Below are positions 29,401 to 38,702 of a DNA stretch of 64,000 nucleotides, one piece after another. The stretch comes from Candidatus Eiseniibacteriota bacterium (GTDB lineage Bacteria > Eisenbacteria > RBG-16-71-46 > CAVPCR01). The stretch lies in the NCBI GenBank assembly GCA_963823555.1, contig CAWGMA010000003.1, positions 32,001-96,000 of the forward strand, written 5' to 3'. A model generated the notes under the pieces. That model was not told where the DNA came from. It ran no database searches and saw only the letters and a program-made list of their open reading frames with translations. Within the stretch, counting starts at the first letter, position 1. Each line of letters begins with the position of its first letter. Both the position numbers and the translations under genes were made by a program.

Positions 29401-29930
29401 AGCCGTTCGAGGGACCGCTCCACACCACCTTCAGGCTCGATGCCGCGGGTGAGCAGCTCGGCTTCTTCGATTCGGTCGTGCTCGGCGTGGGGATCATCGA
29501 CAGTCTCACCTTCGGACCGCAGGCGACCGACGTCTCCTACGGCCGGCTCCCCGATGGCGGCACCTGGCGGATCCTCCCGACCCCGACTCCCGGCGCCACC
29601 AACGGCACCGACATCGGGATCGGTGATGACGGCGCTCCCGGGACGCTCCCGCGCGCGCTTGCGATCCGCGGCCCCTATCCCAACCCCTTCAACCCGCGCG
29701 CGGTCTTCGTCCTCGAGGTACCGGAGCAGGGCCAGGTGCGCGCCGTGATCCACGATGTCCAGGGCCGGCGCCTCCGCGTGCTCCTCGACGCGCCGCTCGC
29801 GCCCGGACGGCACCGCCTCGAGTGGGACGGCCGCGATGGGCAGGGCCGCTCGGTGGCGAGCGGCGTCTACTGGCTCCGCCTCGAGGCCGGCGGCAAGACC
29901 CGCGACGCGCGCGCCGTGCTCCTGCGGTGA
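26433..29930 (+). CDS. Secreted CotH-kinase protein: malectin + FN3 + CotH + two lamin-tail domains + FlgD/T9SS-like C-terminus
   Basis: INCG...F.AD malectin start; RYRGN.SR...KKSWKVK, KNWFF, IPFDTDLTFG (CotH); two NE.MASN...DDW.EI (LTD); MYDDG.HGD; PNPFNP. Confidence 0.85.
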   Translation: MRSSRTVRALVPGIPAAALLTLITALSALPAAAYEMHINCGSVNYTAQNGTLFVADRVYVAGDAGYIAGWDNYTWNAVGGTPDPLLYAYTRNSFIPNPLEYRFDVPNGDYLVRLRMIDNFKHSTGENQFDVRIEGQEVAANIDLYALVERTYAIDFTFAATVTDGVLNVVLQPDFGFASLAGISVVSRAPDSTPPALPTGLTAADNYEAVALDWDPNPEDDIAAYQVERATSAGGPFTPVATVDRVSRRMDRLPPGGPFHYRVRAVDAYGNASDPTDPVSASSLAQTATTLPAVHVIIAPDSLERLDDNPTLDTYYQCDVAFDQDLYTDATCRYRGNVSRSLLKKSWKVKLGTGLFEGRENFNLNSEYIDKSLLRERLSYDLFARNGCPAPRSRFVHMIVNGKWMGVRNDVENVDVESLTRLGLATVNATMYKPVSSPPPGVHSNLIPLATPGDYMLAYEKELGDPGDYSDLISFIEGLNFASADSAFHFIARKMDLNRFLDFYSTQVVLQNTDITFKNWFFHHDLTTDRWTMIPFDTDLTFGVVWPFSDVFAYNESVFLGAGNRLFGKVQSDPMLRQLHLDRVRQILATTFSGPATDGLIDSVHAEVEVDARRDWWKWGWEKNDWFEASPAELRTFVSGRTTSLLNEIAVVEAPSDLVINELMASNATTVTDEWGDHDDWIEILNRGGAPVSTLGLYLTDDLGLPGRFALPDTTLQPGDHLIIWADSEPAEGPWHAPFKLEKKGEAVGLFSGPLATSAPIDVRVFDRQLTDVSYGRLPDGSPYWQLLPTPTPGAANVGGGNIKPQIDDVVHFPPAPGANAPVRVTATFWDEGGLALTQLKYDAGAGYVTETMYDDGLHGDGDAGDGTFGAEIPGQPPLTTVHYYLRAVDDLGAVTNDPPDAPLLTYSYLTGYEAPPAYLNEFMASNAATIQDEFGDYDDWVEIWNAGQDTLRLGGKHLTDNLTNPTKWVFPPDVNLPPGEYLIVWCDGEPFEGPLHTTFRLDAAGEQLGFFDSVVLGVGIIDSLTFGPQATDVSYGRLPDGGTWRILPTPTPGATNGTDIGIGDDGAPGTLPRALAIRGPYPNPFNPRAVFVLEVPEQGQVRAVIHDVQGRRLRVLLDAPLAPGRHRLEWDGRDGQGRSVASGVYWLRLEAGGKTRDARAVLLR

Positions 29931-29965
29931 GGCCGCGGCTAGAGCAGGGTCGGCGGGGGCCGCTC

Positions 29966-30078
29966 GCGAGGGGGGCGCTCCGGCTCGGACAGTCCTCGCG
30001 CGCCTGCGGATCGCGTGCCACCGGGACGAAGCTCATTGCCGCTGGCGCGCTGCGGAACTCGCCGTCGGCCCCCCTCGC
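29966..30078 (-). repeat. 113-bp MITE/REP-like element, copy 1
   Basis: 11-bp perfect terminal inverted repeats GCGAGGGGGGC/GCCCCCCTCGC; its reverse complement aligns with 34537-34650. Confidence 0.8.
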
Positions 30079-30099
30079 ATCGCGCCCTACCTGACGAGA

Positions 30100-30734
30100 C
30101 TACCGGCCCCAGTCGAACTCCGCGCGCTCGGGGATAATGGTCACGGCCTGGCCGCCATCGGTGATGAAGCCGTGGACTCGCGCGCCATCCCGGAAATGCA
30201 CGCGCTGGCTGTCGATGGAGCTGGAAGGTCTGGATCACGCCGGGCCGAGTTCCCGTCCCAGGGTGAGCTCACGGCATGCGAGGCCCGACCGGTGAAGCGG
30301 AAGGTCACCCACTCGCTCGCGAGCGCGCCATGCGCGAGCAGATCGCGATCGAGGGGATGGAACATGATGGCGGCATCGAGCCCCGCGAAGGCGTCGGCCT
30401 CGAGGAGCTTGATCTTGCCGCCGCCGCCCTCCTCGGCCGGCGTGCCGAGAAGGATGACCTCGCCAGGAAGCTCGTTCGCGACTGACGCGAGCCCGATGAA
30501 AGGCCCCGAGCGCACCGCCGGCAATGAGGTTGTGACCGCAGGCGTGCCCGATCTCGGGGAGCGCATCGTACTCGGCGAGGACCGCGATGCGCGGCCCGCC
30601 GCCTCGCTCAACCAGGCCGAGGCTTTCGTCTCGGCGAAGCGGAGCTCAGGGTTCGCGTGGATCCGGCGCGCCAGACCGGCCAGCGCCAGCGCCTCCTTCT
30701 CGATGGCGCCGAGGATACGATCGCGCGTGGTCAT
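30100..30734 (-). pseudogene. M20 family amidohydrolase pseudogene
   Basis: IHANPEL.F.E, EYDALPEIGHACGHN (other frame), GTPAEEGGGGK, FTGRASHA; internal deletion, several frameshifts, truncated next to the repeat element. Confidence 0.85.
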
Positions 30735-30777
30735 GCTGCCTCCATCTTCCAGCTCGCTTCGCGCTCCGGGATTCCTC

Positions 30778-31950
30778 TCAAGTTGCGAACTCGCCGCCCC
30801 ACAGATCTTCCAGGAACTGACGAACGGGGAGAATGGTCACGCCCTCGAGCCGACGCCGCCTGGGCTCGAGGCTCACGCAGAGGAATCGCCGGAGCTTCTT
30901 CTCCTCAGCCAGAGCCCTGAGTGGCCTCAATTCCTGAGATGAGACGTTCTCCTTCGCCTTGACCTCGATGGCGGTGTGGTCGCCGAGGATGAAATCGACC
31001 TCGAACCCGGACGCCGATCGCCAGTGGCTCACGGTCTCACCTGAAACGTAGTCACGATAACAGGCAAGCTCGTGGAACAACCACGTCTCGAACGCCGGTC
31101 CGAATTCAGGCGTCCCCGGTTTCACCAGGCGCCCCTGGAGCGCCGAGACCACCCCCACGTCAAAGAAGTAGTACTTGGAGGACACGAGCGGCTTTCTCTT
31201 CTTCGACTGCCGCCACGCGGGCACTTCATGCAGGAGCAGCGTGTCCTTGAGGATCTCGAAGTACTCGTAGACGGTCGTTCGAGGCACCTGGGCATCGCTC
31301 GCCACATTGGTGTAATTCACGATCGTGGCGTTGCACAGGGCGGCCATCTGCAGGAACCGGCTGAATGCCGGCACATTGCGTGTGGCACCCTCGGCGACGA
31401 TCTCCTGCTGGAGATAGGTCCCGCAATAGGCTTTGAGATCGGCGGCGGGGTCTGCGGAGAAGTAGATCGATGGCAAGAGGCCGCGCTCGATCGCCCGTCG
31501 CAGGTCGAAGTGCTCCCCGAGCTCCCGGAAGCAGAGCGGGTGAAGGTAGCGGGTGCGGGCCCGGCCGCCGAGGAGGTTCACCCCGCCCCGCCGGAGCTTG
31601 CGGGCGCTCGATCCGGTCAGGAGGAAGCGGACACCGCGATCCTCGATCAGCCGATGGACCTCGTTGAGAAGCTCCGGCAGCCGCTGGATCTCGTCGATGA
31701 CTATGAGCCGATCGCCCGCCGACAGCTCCTCGGCCAGACGCGAGGGACGCTGGCTCAGGGCGAGGTAGACCGACGTATCCAGCAGGTCATAAACCCGCGC
31801 CCTTGGCAGCGAACGCCGCAGGAGGAACGTCTTCCCCGTCTGCCGCGGGCCGAAGAGAAAGTGAGACTTCTTCGCCAGCCAGCCGTCGAGGTCGGCGATG
31901 CGCGCGATGGCAGGGGGTGGGGTGGGCAGCCGTGTCGCCATAGTCGTCAT
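30778..31950 (-). CDS. AAA_14 + DUF4143 ATP-binding protein
   Basis: GPRQTGKT, IDEIQ, LTGSSARKL, KYYFFDVGV, FE, EVDFI...IEVK. Confidence 0.88.
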   Translation of the reverse strand: MTTMATRLPTPPPAIARIADLDGWLAKKSHFLFGPRQTGKTFLLRRSLPRARVYDLLDTSVYLALSQRPSRLAEELSAGDRLIVIDEIQRLPELLNEVHRLIEDRGVRFLLTGSSARKLRRGGVNLLGGRARTRYLHPLCFRELGEHFDLRRAIERGLLPSIYFSADPAADLKAYCGTYLQQEIVAEGATRNVPAFSRFLQMAALCNATIVNYTNVASDAQVPRTTVYEYFEILKDTLLLHEVPAWRQSKKRKPLVSSKYYFFDVGVVSALQGRLVKPGTPEFGPAFETWLFHELACYRDYVSGETVSHWRSASGFEVDFILGDHTAIEVKAKENVSSQELRPLRALAEEKKLRRFLCVSLEPRRRRLEGVTILPVRQFLEDLWGGEFAT

Positions 31951-32011
31951 TTATCATGACAAATGACGAGACCGTCGTCAAGAGCCGACGGCACCTGGCA
32001 GGGCGACTGGC

Positions 32012-32164
32012 CCCGGGCGGCGAGGCGCGAAGCGAGGGGGGCCGACGGCGAGTTCCGCAGCGCGCCGGTTGCGAACAAGCTACTTCCAGGTGGTACGCCA
32101 TCCCGCGTCGCGCCGTCGCGCCGTCGGCGCCGTTCTTCGCTATGAGCGCCGTCGTCCGCGAGAG
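32012..32164 (+). repeat. Truncated copy of the 113-bp element fused to a 47-bp duplicate of the acyl-CoA dehydrogenase 3' region
   Basis: 32012-~32105 matches 34517-~34610; 32118-32164 matches 34814-34860 at 45/47 bases. Confidence 0.8.
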
Positions 32165-32242
32165 CTCCCGGAACCGACGAACGGGGTGCTCGCACCCTCG
32201 AGCTGGCGTCAACAGGCGTGTTCCCTTCCCTCCGCTTCCATG

Positions 32243-33554
32243 TCACCGCAGAACAACGACCTTCTGCACGGCTCGTTGGCGACCGTGGCTAGCCACCAGG
32301 AAATAGACACCCCGACGAGGCGACACGTCGAGCCCTTCGCTCAAGCTGTACGAGCTGATTCCGGTCCGCACCGGCAGGGTACGCCGGCCCTCCAGTCGTC
32401 CCGCGCTGTCATAGAGCTCGAGCAACACCGGGATCGGCTCCTTCGCCGTCAGGAAGATGGTCCCACCCTGCCCAACCGGGTTCGGTACCACCTCCAGCTG
32501 GAGTGGGGGTACCGAGGCCTCAGCTCCAGGGATTCCCGATGGGATCCCACATCCTACACCCAGAGCTCCTATCGTCGTCCCGCCTTGCCCCGCGCCGATG
32601 CATGGCGAAGCCCAATCGAGCTCCAGGTCCTCGAGCTCGATCTCGCCCCAGTATCGAGGATTGCAGAAGAGCGGGTCCGCGATAATGTTCGTGCTATCCG
32701 GCGAACCGCAAGCAGTCTGCGGGGCGGGGTGCCAGGCATTGTACTGCACCGTAGCCTCAGCACCGTTCAAACATCCGATTCCTTGACGGGCATCGGGATC
32801 GGCATAGAAGATGTTGTTGATGAAACGCACGGCTGGAGGGGGCACCGGATACCCGTCTACATATAGGCTCATTCCCTCATCCGAATAGAAGGTGTTATCG
32901 ATGATATCGACGGAAGTGATCGGAGGCCCGAAGTTCTGGATCGCGATTAGCCGGTAGGCAAGAGGCACTGCCATCACGCAGCTGCGCATCGAGAATGCTC
33001 CTCCAGTGATGCGAACGTACTCGTTGAGTTCGTGCGTCACATAGCAGCGAATGAACGAATCCTCCACGGTCAATCCGCCGCGGCAGTTGATCACCAGAGC
33101 GTGTGGCCAGCCTGGATCCCAGGTCGCAAAGAAACAACCGCGGACGACGGCCAGTGGATTGTCGCTGAACACGTAGCCCGCCAAACATCCACAGGTCCTG
33201 AACGATCGCTGGACCGGAGCCGGCTGGGAAGGTGAGCGGGACGCCGAAGAGAATCGTCCCACCAAGCGGGTACTCCCATCCAGCTCCAATGACTGTCACT
33301 CCTGGGCTGACGGTGGCTGCTTCCCCAGACTCAAAGTAGAGCCCGGCGGAGACGAGCAGCGTGTCGCCCGAGCTGGTAGCACCGAGCCCCCCCCTGAATG
33401 TCGGGTAGTCCTCCGGCACTCTGATGAGGCCGGCCTGACAGGGAACGGCTAGCGTCCACACGAGGCCTGCTAGTGCACAACAGCACCAGGCAAGGAACAG
33501 CCTCCGCTTCCCTTGCCCTTTGCGAAGCTGTTCATCTTCGTCTCCTCTCGCCAT
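32243..33554 (-). CDS. Secreted beta-helix (pectin-lyase-like) protein with T9SS-like C-terminus; frameshift at ~33180
   Basis: IRVPEDYPT...GDTLLVSAG.Y.E start; NIIADPLFC...SPCIGAG...IGALGVGC; PNP...GVYF...KVVVLR; removing one G in ggcgggctac joins the frames. Confidence 0.7.
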
Positions 33555-34175
33555 TCAGCGCAAGAGCAGCATCTTCCGGCTGCTTCTCGACCTTCCAAGC
33601 TCAAGCTCGTAGAAGTACACGCCCGAGGAAACCGGCCGACCGTCTCCATCGAGGCCATCCCACGTCGCCTCGTGCACTCCCGGCTCAACCGGCCCATCAA
33701 CCAGCGTTCGCACCAACCGCCCGGATACACCAAAGATCCGGAGGCGGGCCTCCTGCTTCACTCCGCTATGGAACACAATGCGGGTCGAGGTTGCGGGTCG
33801 GGCACTGGGTGGCTGCGCCCAGTGACTGCCGCCCCACCCTCGAGCCCCGTCGAGTCCACGTCCGACTGCCAGAGATGAAGCGTGCCACCCCGATCCAGGA
33901 CCAGGAGATCGAGCTTTCCCGCGATTGGTCAGGCTCCCGATCACCGGGGAGCCGACGATCGATTCCGTGACCTGGATCGGCCACCCTGGATTGGGCGCGC
34001 CTGCATCGAGGTCCACGGCGAAGATGCCGCCGAGGGTGGTCGTGTAGAGCATCTCGATTGTTGCGGTGCCCAGACGCAGATCCTCGGGATGAAAGGAGAT
34101 CAGGAAGTGCAGGTCACCGAAAGAAGTGACTTCGGGGCGGGCGTCAGCGCGAGGTGTGAGGAAGAGCATCCCCAT
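33555..34175 (-). pseudogene. Degenerate FG-GAP-repeat/FlgD-Ig protein fragment
   Basis: PGWP...IVGSPVIG, then GKLDLLVLDRGGTLHLW in another frame; intact C-terminal WDGLDGDGRPVSSGVYFY...KMLLLR; no signal peptide. Confidence 0.55.
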
Positions 34176-34226
34176 GGCTGATGAAGGCCAGCAGCGGTAA
34201 GAGCGCGCAAGTCCCTACCACATTCA

Positions 34227-34274
34227 GCGTGCGGCGTGCGGCGTGCGGCGTGCGGCGTGCGGCGTGCGGCGTGC
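34227..34274. repeat. Heptanucleotide tandem repeat (GCGTGCG)x6 plus a partial unit
   Basis: Read directly from the sequence. Confidence 0.95.
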
Positions 34275-34536
34275 ATCCCGACCTCCAGCCGCTGCCCCGA
34301 CCCGCTCCGGGACTCGCTGGGTCCGAGCAGGGCAGTTGCGTCCAGCCCGCCTCGGCTGGGATCCGAGGCTCAAGCCTCGCCTGGGCGATGGAGGTCTCTT
34401 CTACGGCCTCAGTGCCCCGCGGCGAGGCACTCACGGCTGACTTTAGCAGCAGCCAGAACAGGCTGCAAGCCCTCTGCCAGACGCGCTTACCAGCGGCCGC
34501 TCTTCAAGAGAGCAGACCCGGGCGGCGAGGGGCGAA

Positions 34537-34650
34537 GCGAGGGGGGCCGACGGCGAGTTCCGCAGCGCGCCAGTTGCTGCAGACCCTCGTCCTGGTGGCA
34601 CGCACTCCGCAGGCGCGCGAGGACTGTTCGAGCCGGAGCGCCCCCCTCGC
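34537..34650 (+). repeat. 114-bp MITE/REP-like element, copy 3
   Basis: Same 11-bp terminal inverted repeats; just downstream of the acyl-CoA dehydrogenase stop. Confidence 0.8.
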
Positions 34651-34674
34651 AAGCGACCGAAGCCGCCGCCGCAC

Positions 34675-36451
34675 CTACGCGAGATCGGCGCAGGTCCGAT
34701 CCGACACCCGGCGCACGAGCTCGTCCGAGTTCGACTCCGTCGCCGCGAGCGCGCGGTCGATCCGCCGCCGGGCCTCGGCGCAGAAGAGCCGCGTCAAATC
34801 GATCTCGCGCGCGGCGCCGTCGGCGCCGTTCTTCGCGATGAGCGCCGTCGTCCGTGAGAGGCACGCGGTCATGGCGTAGATGTCGCTCGCCGCATCGGCG
34901 AGCCGCGCCATCGCGAGCTGACGCTGCGGCAACGCCTCGCGGTGACGGCAAGAGCATCGCCTCGCTCGCCGCCGCCAGCGCGCGCACTCCCTCCTCCACC
35001 ATCCCCGCCTCGGTCTTGAGCTCGGCCGCCACGTGCTCGAAGCGCTCGCGGATCACCTCCCGGGTGACGAGCCGCCTGGCGAAGCTCGCGAAGGCGCTGA
35101 GCTCGCCCATCTTCTGCCTGGCGGCCTCCTCGCGGAGCGCCTGGGTGGGCGCCTTGAGGCCGGTGCCGGCGATGTTCAAGCGCTGGATCTCGTTCGTACC
35201 CTCGAAGATCATGTTGACGCGGCAGTCACGGAGGAAGCGCTCGTAGGGATACTCGGTGATGAAGCCGTTCCCGCCGTTGATCTGGACGGCGTGGTTGACG
35301 ATGGTCCAGAGCCCCTCGGAGCAGAAGGTCTTGGTCATCGCCGACTCGACGGCGAAGTCGGCGCCGCCGCGGTCGGCGATCCCCGCCGTGAGATAGACGA
35401 CGCTCTCCATGGCATAGGTCAGGCTCGCCATCTCGGCGATCATCTGCTGGATGAGCTCGAAGTCCTTGAGATACGTGTCGAACTGCTGGCGCTCGGCGGC
35501 GTGGGCCACGGCGGCCGCGAGCATGCGCCTGGCCGCGCCGACGCAGCAGGCGCCGATCGAGAGCCGGCCGGTGTTCAGGATCGTGAGCGCGATCTTCAGG
35601 CCCTCGCCCTTCTTCCCGAGCACGTTCGCCGCCGGCACGCTGGCGTTCTGGAAGAGGATGTCGGTGGTCGACGAGCCGCGGATCCCCATCTTGTGCTCTT
35701 CCTTGCCACGCTCGACGCCGGGGGTGGTCATCTCGACCAGGAAGGCGGTGATGTCGCGACCCTTCTTGACCGGGCCGAGATCGGGCGTGCGCGCGAAGAC
35801 GAGGAGGAGATCGCAGTAGCCGCCGTTCGTGCACCACTGCTTGGTGCCATTGAGGACGTAGACCTGCTCCGCGGGATCCCAGGTCGCGACCGTACGCAGT
35901 GCGGCGGCATCGGAGCCCGCTCCCGACTCGCTGAGCGAGAAGGCGCCGACGAGCTCTCCCGAGGCCATCCGCGGCAGGAAGCGCTTTCTCTGCTCGTCGG
36001 TGCCGAAGAGGATGACGCCCTTGGCGGCGAGCGACTGGTGGCCACCGATGAGTGTCGCCGTGGCCCCACAGTGGCCCGCCACCTGCTCCATGAACCGGCA
36101 GTAGGCGCTCGTCGACATGCCGAACCCGTCCTGCTCCTCGGGAATGGTGAGCCCGAGCGCCCCCATCTCGGCCAGGCCCCGGATCACCTCGTCCGGGATC
36201 CGGGCCGCGGCATCGATCGCGACCGCATCGATCTTGTCCTCGGCGAAGCGGCGGAAGGCGCCGAGCACGAGATCGAGCTCGCTTGCCTCGCCGGCATCCA
36301 TCTCGGGGTACGGGAACACGATGTCCTCGAGGAGGGCGCCGATGAAGAGCCCCTTCATGAATCCATCGACCCCGCCGTCGGGCGGCCCCGCCGGCTTCCC
36401 GCCGCCGGCCGCGGGCGCACCGCTCGTCTGCTTCCCTGCTGCGTGCTCCAT
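34675..36451 (-). CDS. fadE: Acyl-CoA dehydrogenase (ACAD9/VLCAD-like); frameshift at ~34948
   Basis: FSLSESGAGSD, NGTKQWCTNG, KMGIRGS, RQQF, GGNGF, IFEGTNEI (catalytic Glu present); C-terminus continues in ORF 34675..34932. Confidence 0.9.
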
Positions 36452-36465
36452 GACCTCCCCCCTCC

Positions 36466-38688
36466 TCACCGGTCGGGATGGAACTTCTTTCCTTGCCGCG
36501 CCAGGTCCGCGAGGAGCGGAGCCGGCAGGTAACGATCGCGGCCTTCGCTGGCGAGAACGTGCATGCGCTCGACGAGGATCACGAGATCGAGCGAGTCGGC
36601 GTAGCGCAGGATCCCGCCCCGGAAGGACGGGAATCCGGCGCCCAGCACCATCGCCAAGTCGACGAGCTCCGGTCCTTGGACCGCGCCCTCGGCGAGCGCC
36701 CGGGCGGCCTCGTTGATCATCGGGAGCACCAGCCGCTCCTGGACGTTGGCGGTGAACTCGGGCGTGCCCGCCCCCTCGCTCGCCGTCCCCGCCGGCAACG
36801 ACTCGATGAGCCCGAGCACATCGGCATCCACCCGCTTCACGCTTCCGGTCGTGCGGTAGAAGCCGAGCCCCGCCTTCCGTCCGAGGCGACCCTGGGCGAC
36901 GAGCGCCGTGAGAAGCGGCGACGGCGTGATCCCGGTCGCCCGCCTGAGGTTCTCCCCGGCCCTCACCGCCACGTCGAGGCCGATCTCGTCCAGGAGCTCG
37001 AGCGGGCCCAGTGGCATGCCGAAGTTTCGCATCGCGCGATCGACGACATCGATGGCGAGCCCTTCCTCGACCAGGATCGTGGCCTCGTTCAGATAGGGCG
37101 CGAGGATGCGATGGACGAGGAAGCCGGGCCGATCGGCGACCACGATCGGGACCTTGCCGAGGCGTTTGGCGAGCGCGAAGGCGGTGGCCACGGCCTCGTC
37201 CTCGGTCTGCTCGCCGCGGACGATCTCGACGAGGCGGTTCCCCCTCACCGGAGGGAAGAAGTGCATGCCCAGGAACCGGGACGGCCGCCACAGGGCGGCG
37301 CCGAGCGCCGTGATCGAGAGTGAGGAGGTGTTCGAGGCGATGATCGCGTCCTCGCGCACCTCCGGCTCGAGCTCGCGGAGGAGCGCGAGCTTGGTCTCCA
37401 GGTCCTCGACCACCGACTCGATCACGAGATCGGAACGGCGGAACCCCTTGAGCTCGAGGGTCGGGGCGATGAGCGCCATTCGCCGCTCGACCTCGGCCGG
37501 GGTCACCTCCTCGCGCTCGACCTGGGGCCGGTAGAGCTCGCGCACCTGGTTCAGGGCGCGGGCGTTGGCCTCGTGCTTGATGTCGCGCATCCGGACCGGG
37601 ATCTCGGCCCGCGTCGCCACGTAGGCGATACCGCTCCCCATCGTGCCCGCGCCCACGACCCCGATGTCGCGCACCGGCCTCGCCTCGACGCGACTATCGG
37701 CGACTCCCCGCGACTTCTTGATGGCCGCGGCCGTGAAATGGAGCGCCAGCATGTTGCGGGTGGCCGACGAGATCAGGAGCTCGCTCGCCCCCCGTGCCTC
37801 GACGACATAGCCGGCGCGGTTCCCGAGCTCGGTCCCGACGCGCACCGCGGCGAGGACCGCGGGCGGCGCGGGATAGAGCCCGTGGGTGCGCGCGTAGAGC
37901 TCCTCGTGAGCCCGATCGAAGATCTTGGTGCGGCCGAGCCGCGTGTGCTCGATGAGCCGCTCCCAGCCGCTGAGCCGGGGCAGCGCGCGGCGCGGGCCGC
38001 GCTTCTCGGCCACCACCCGCCGCGCATAGGCGAGCGCCTGATCGGCGAAGAGCTCGGCCGGATACACCTCGTCGGCGAGCCCCTTCGCCCGCGCCTCCTC
38101 CGGGCCGAGAACGCGGCCCGAGAGGAGGAGCCCGAGCGCGCGGCGGATGCCGATCACCTGCGGCAGGCGCTGCGTCCCGCCCCAGGCCGGCATCAGGCCG
38201 AGCTCGAGCCCGGGGAACCCGATCGCGGTCGATGGCCGATCGCTCAGCAGGCGATAGTGGCACGCGAGCGCGAACTCGGCGCCGCCGCCGAGACAGGCGC
38301 CGTCGATGGCGGCGATCACCGGGAGGCGCAGCGTCTCGACCTTGGCGAAGACTCGCTGCCCCAGGCGCACCGCCTCGAACGCGTCGCGCTTGGTGCGGAG
38401 GCGCGCGATCTCATCGAGGTCGGCGCCGGAGAGGAAGGCGTCCCGCTTGAAGCTGCGCGCGATGACCGCGCTCGCCTCGGTCGCTCGCGCCAGGTCATCG
38501 AGGAGCTGATCGAGCGTTTCGAGCACCTCACGGGTGAAGAGATTGACCGGACGCTCCGGATCATCGAACGTGAGATAGAGGATGTTGTCCGGGCCGCGGT
38601 CGATCCGCACCGGGGGTCCGGGCTGCCGTCCGAGCTCGAGCTGTCCACCGCCCGCGGCGTCTCTGTCCGGTCGCTCTTCGTCGTTCAC
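36466..38688 (-). CDS. fadJ: Fatty-acid oxidation complex alpha subunit (enoyl-CoA hydratase/3-hydroxyacyl-CoA dehydrogenase) with altered active-site residues
   Basis: GADL, GACLGGGAEFALAC, GGTQRL, GAGTMGSGIA, ASNTSSL, GMHFF, GFPSFRGG. Confidence 0.9.
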   Translation of the reverse strand: MNDEERPDRDAAGGGQLELGRQPGPPVRIDRGPDNILYLTFDDPERPVNLFTREVLETLDQLLDDLARATEASAVIARSFKRDAFLSGADLDEIARLRTKRDAFEAVRLGQRVFAKVETLRLPVIAAIDGACLGGGAEFALACHYRLLSDRPSTAIGFPGLELGLMPAWGGTQRLPQVIGIRRALGLLLSGRVLGPEEARAKGLADEVYPAELFADQALAYARRVVAEKRGPRRALPRLSGWERLIEHTRLGRTKIFDRAHEELYARTHGLYPAPPAVLAAVRVGTELGNRAGYVVEARGASELLISSATRNMLALHFTAAAIKKSRGVADSRVEARPVRDIGVVGAGTMGSGIAYVATRAEIPVRMRDIKHEANARALNQVRELYRPQVEREEVTPAEVERRMALIAPTLELKGFRRSDLVIESVVEDLETKLALLRELEPEVREDAIIASNTSSLSITALGAALWRPSRFLGMHFFPPVRGNRLVEIVRGEQTEDEAVATAFALAKRLGKVPIVVADRPGFLVHRILAPYLNEATILVEEGLAIDVVDRAMRNFGMPLGPLELLDEIGLDVAVRAGENLRRATGITPSPLLTALVAQGRLGRKAGLGFYRTTGSVKRVDADVLGLIESLPAGTASEGAGTPEFTANVQERLVLPMINEAARALAEGAVQGPELVDLAMVLGAGFPSFRGGILRYADSLDLVILVERMHVLASEGRDRYLPAPLLADLARQGKKFHPDR

Positions 38689-38702
38689 GTCCCTCTTCCC
38701 CC

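Noticed and set aside
30778..31950. Defence system or transposase in the islet
   Set aside because: A lone AAA_14/DUF4143 ATPase with no recognisable partner, integrase or transposase.
34487..37291. 934-aa ORF as a single protein
   Set aside because: The N-terminal part is an alternative frame of fadJ and the tail is post-frameshift read-through; the real gene starts at 36451.
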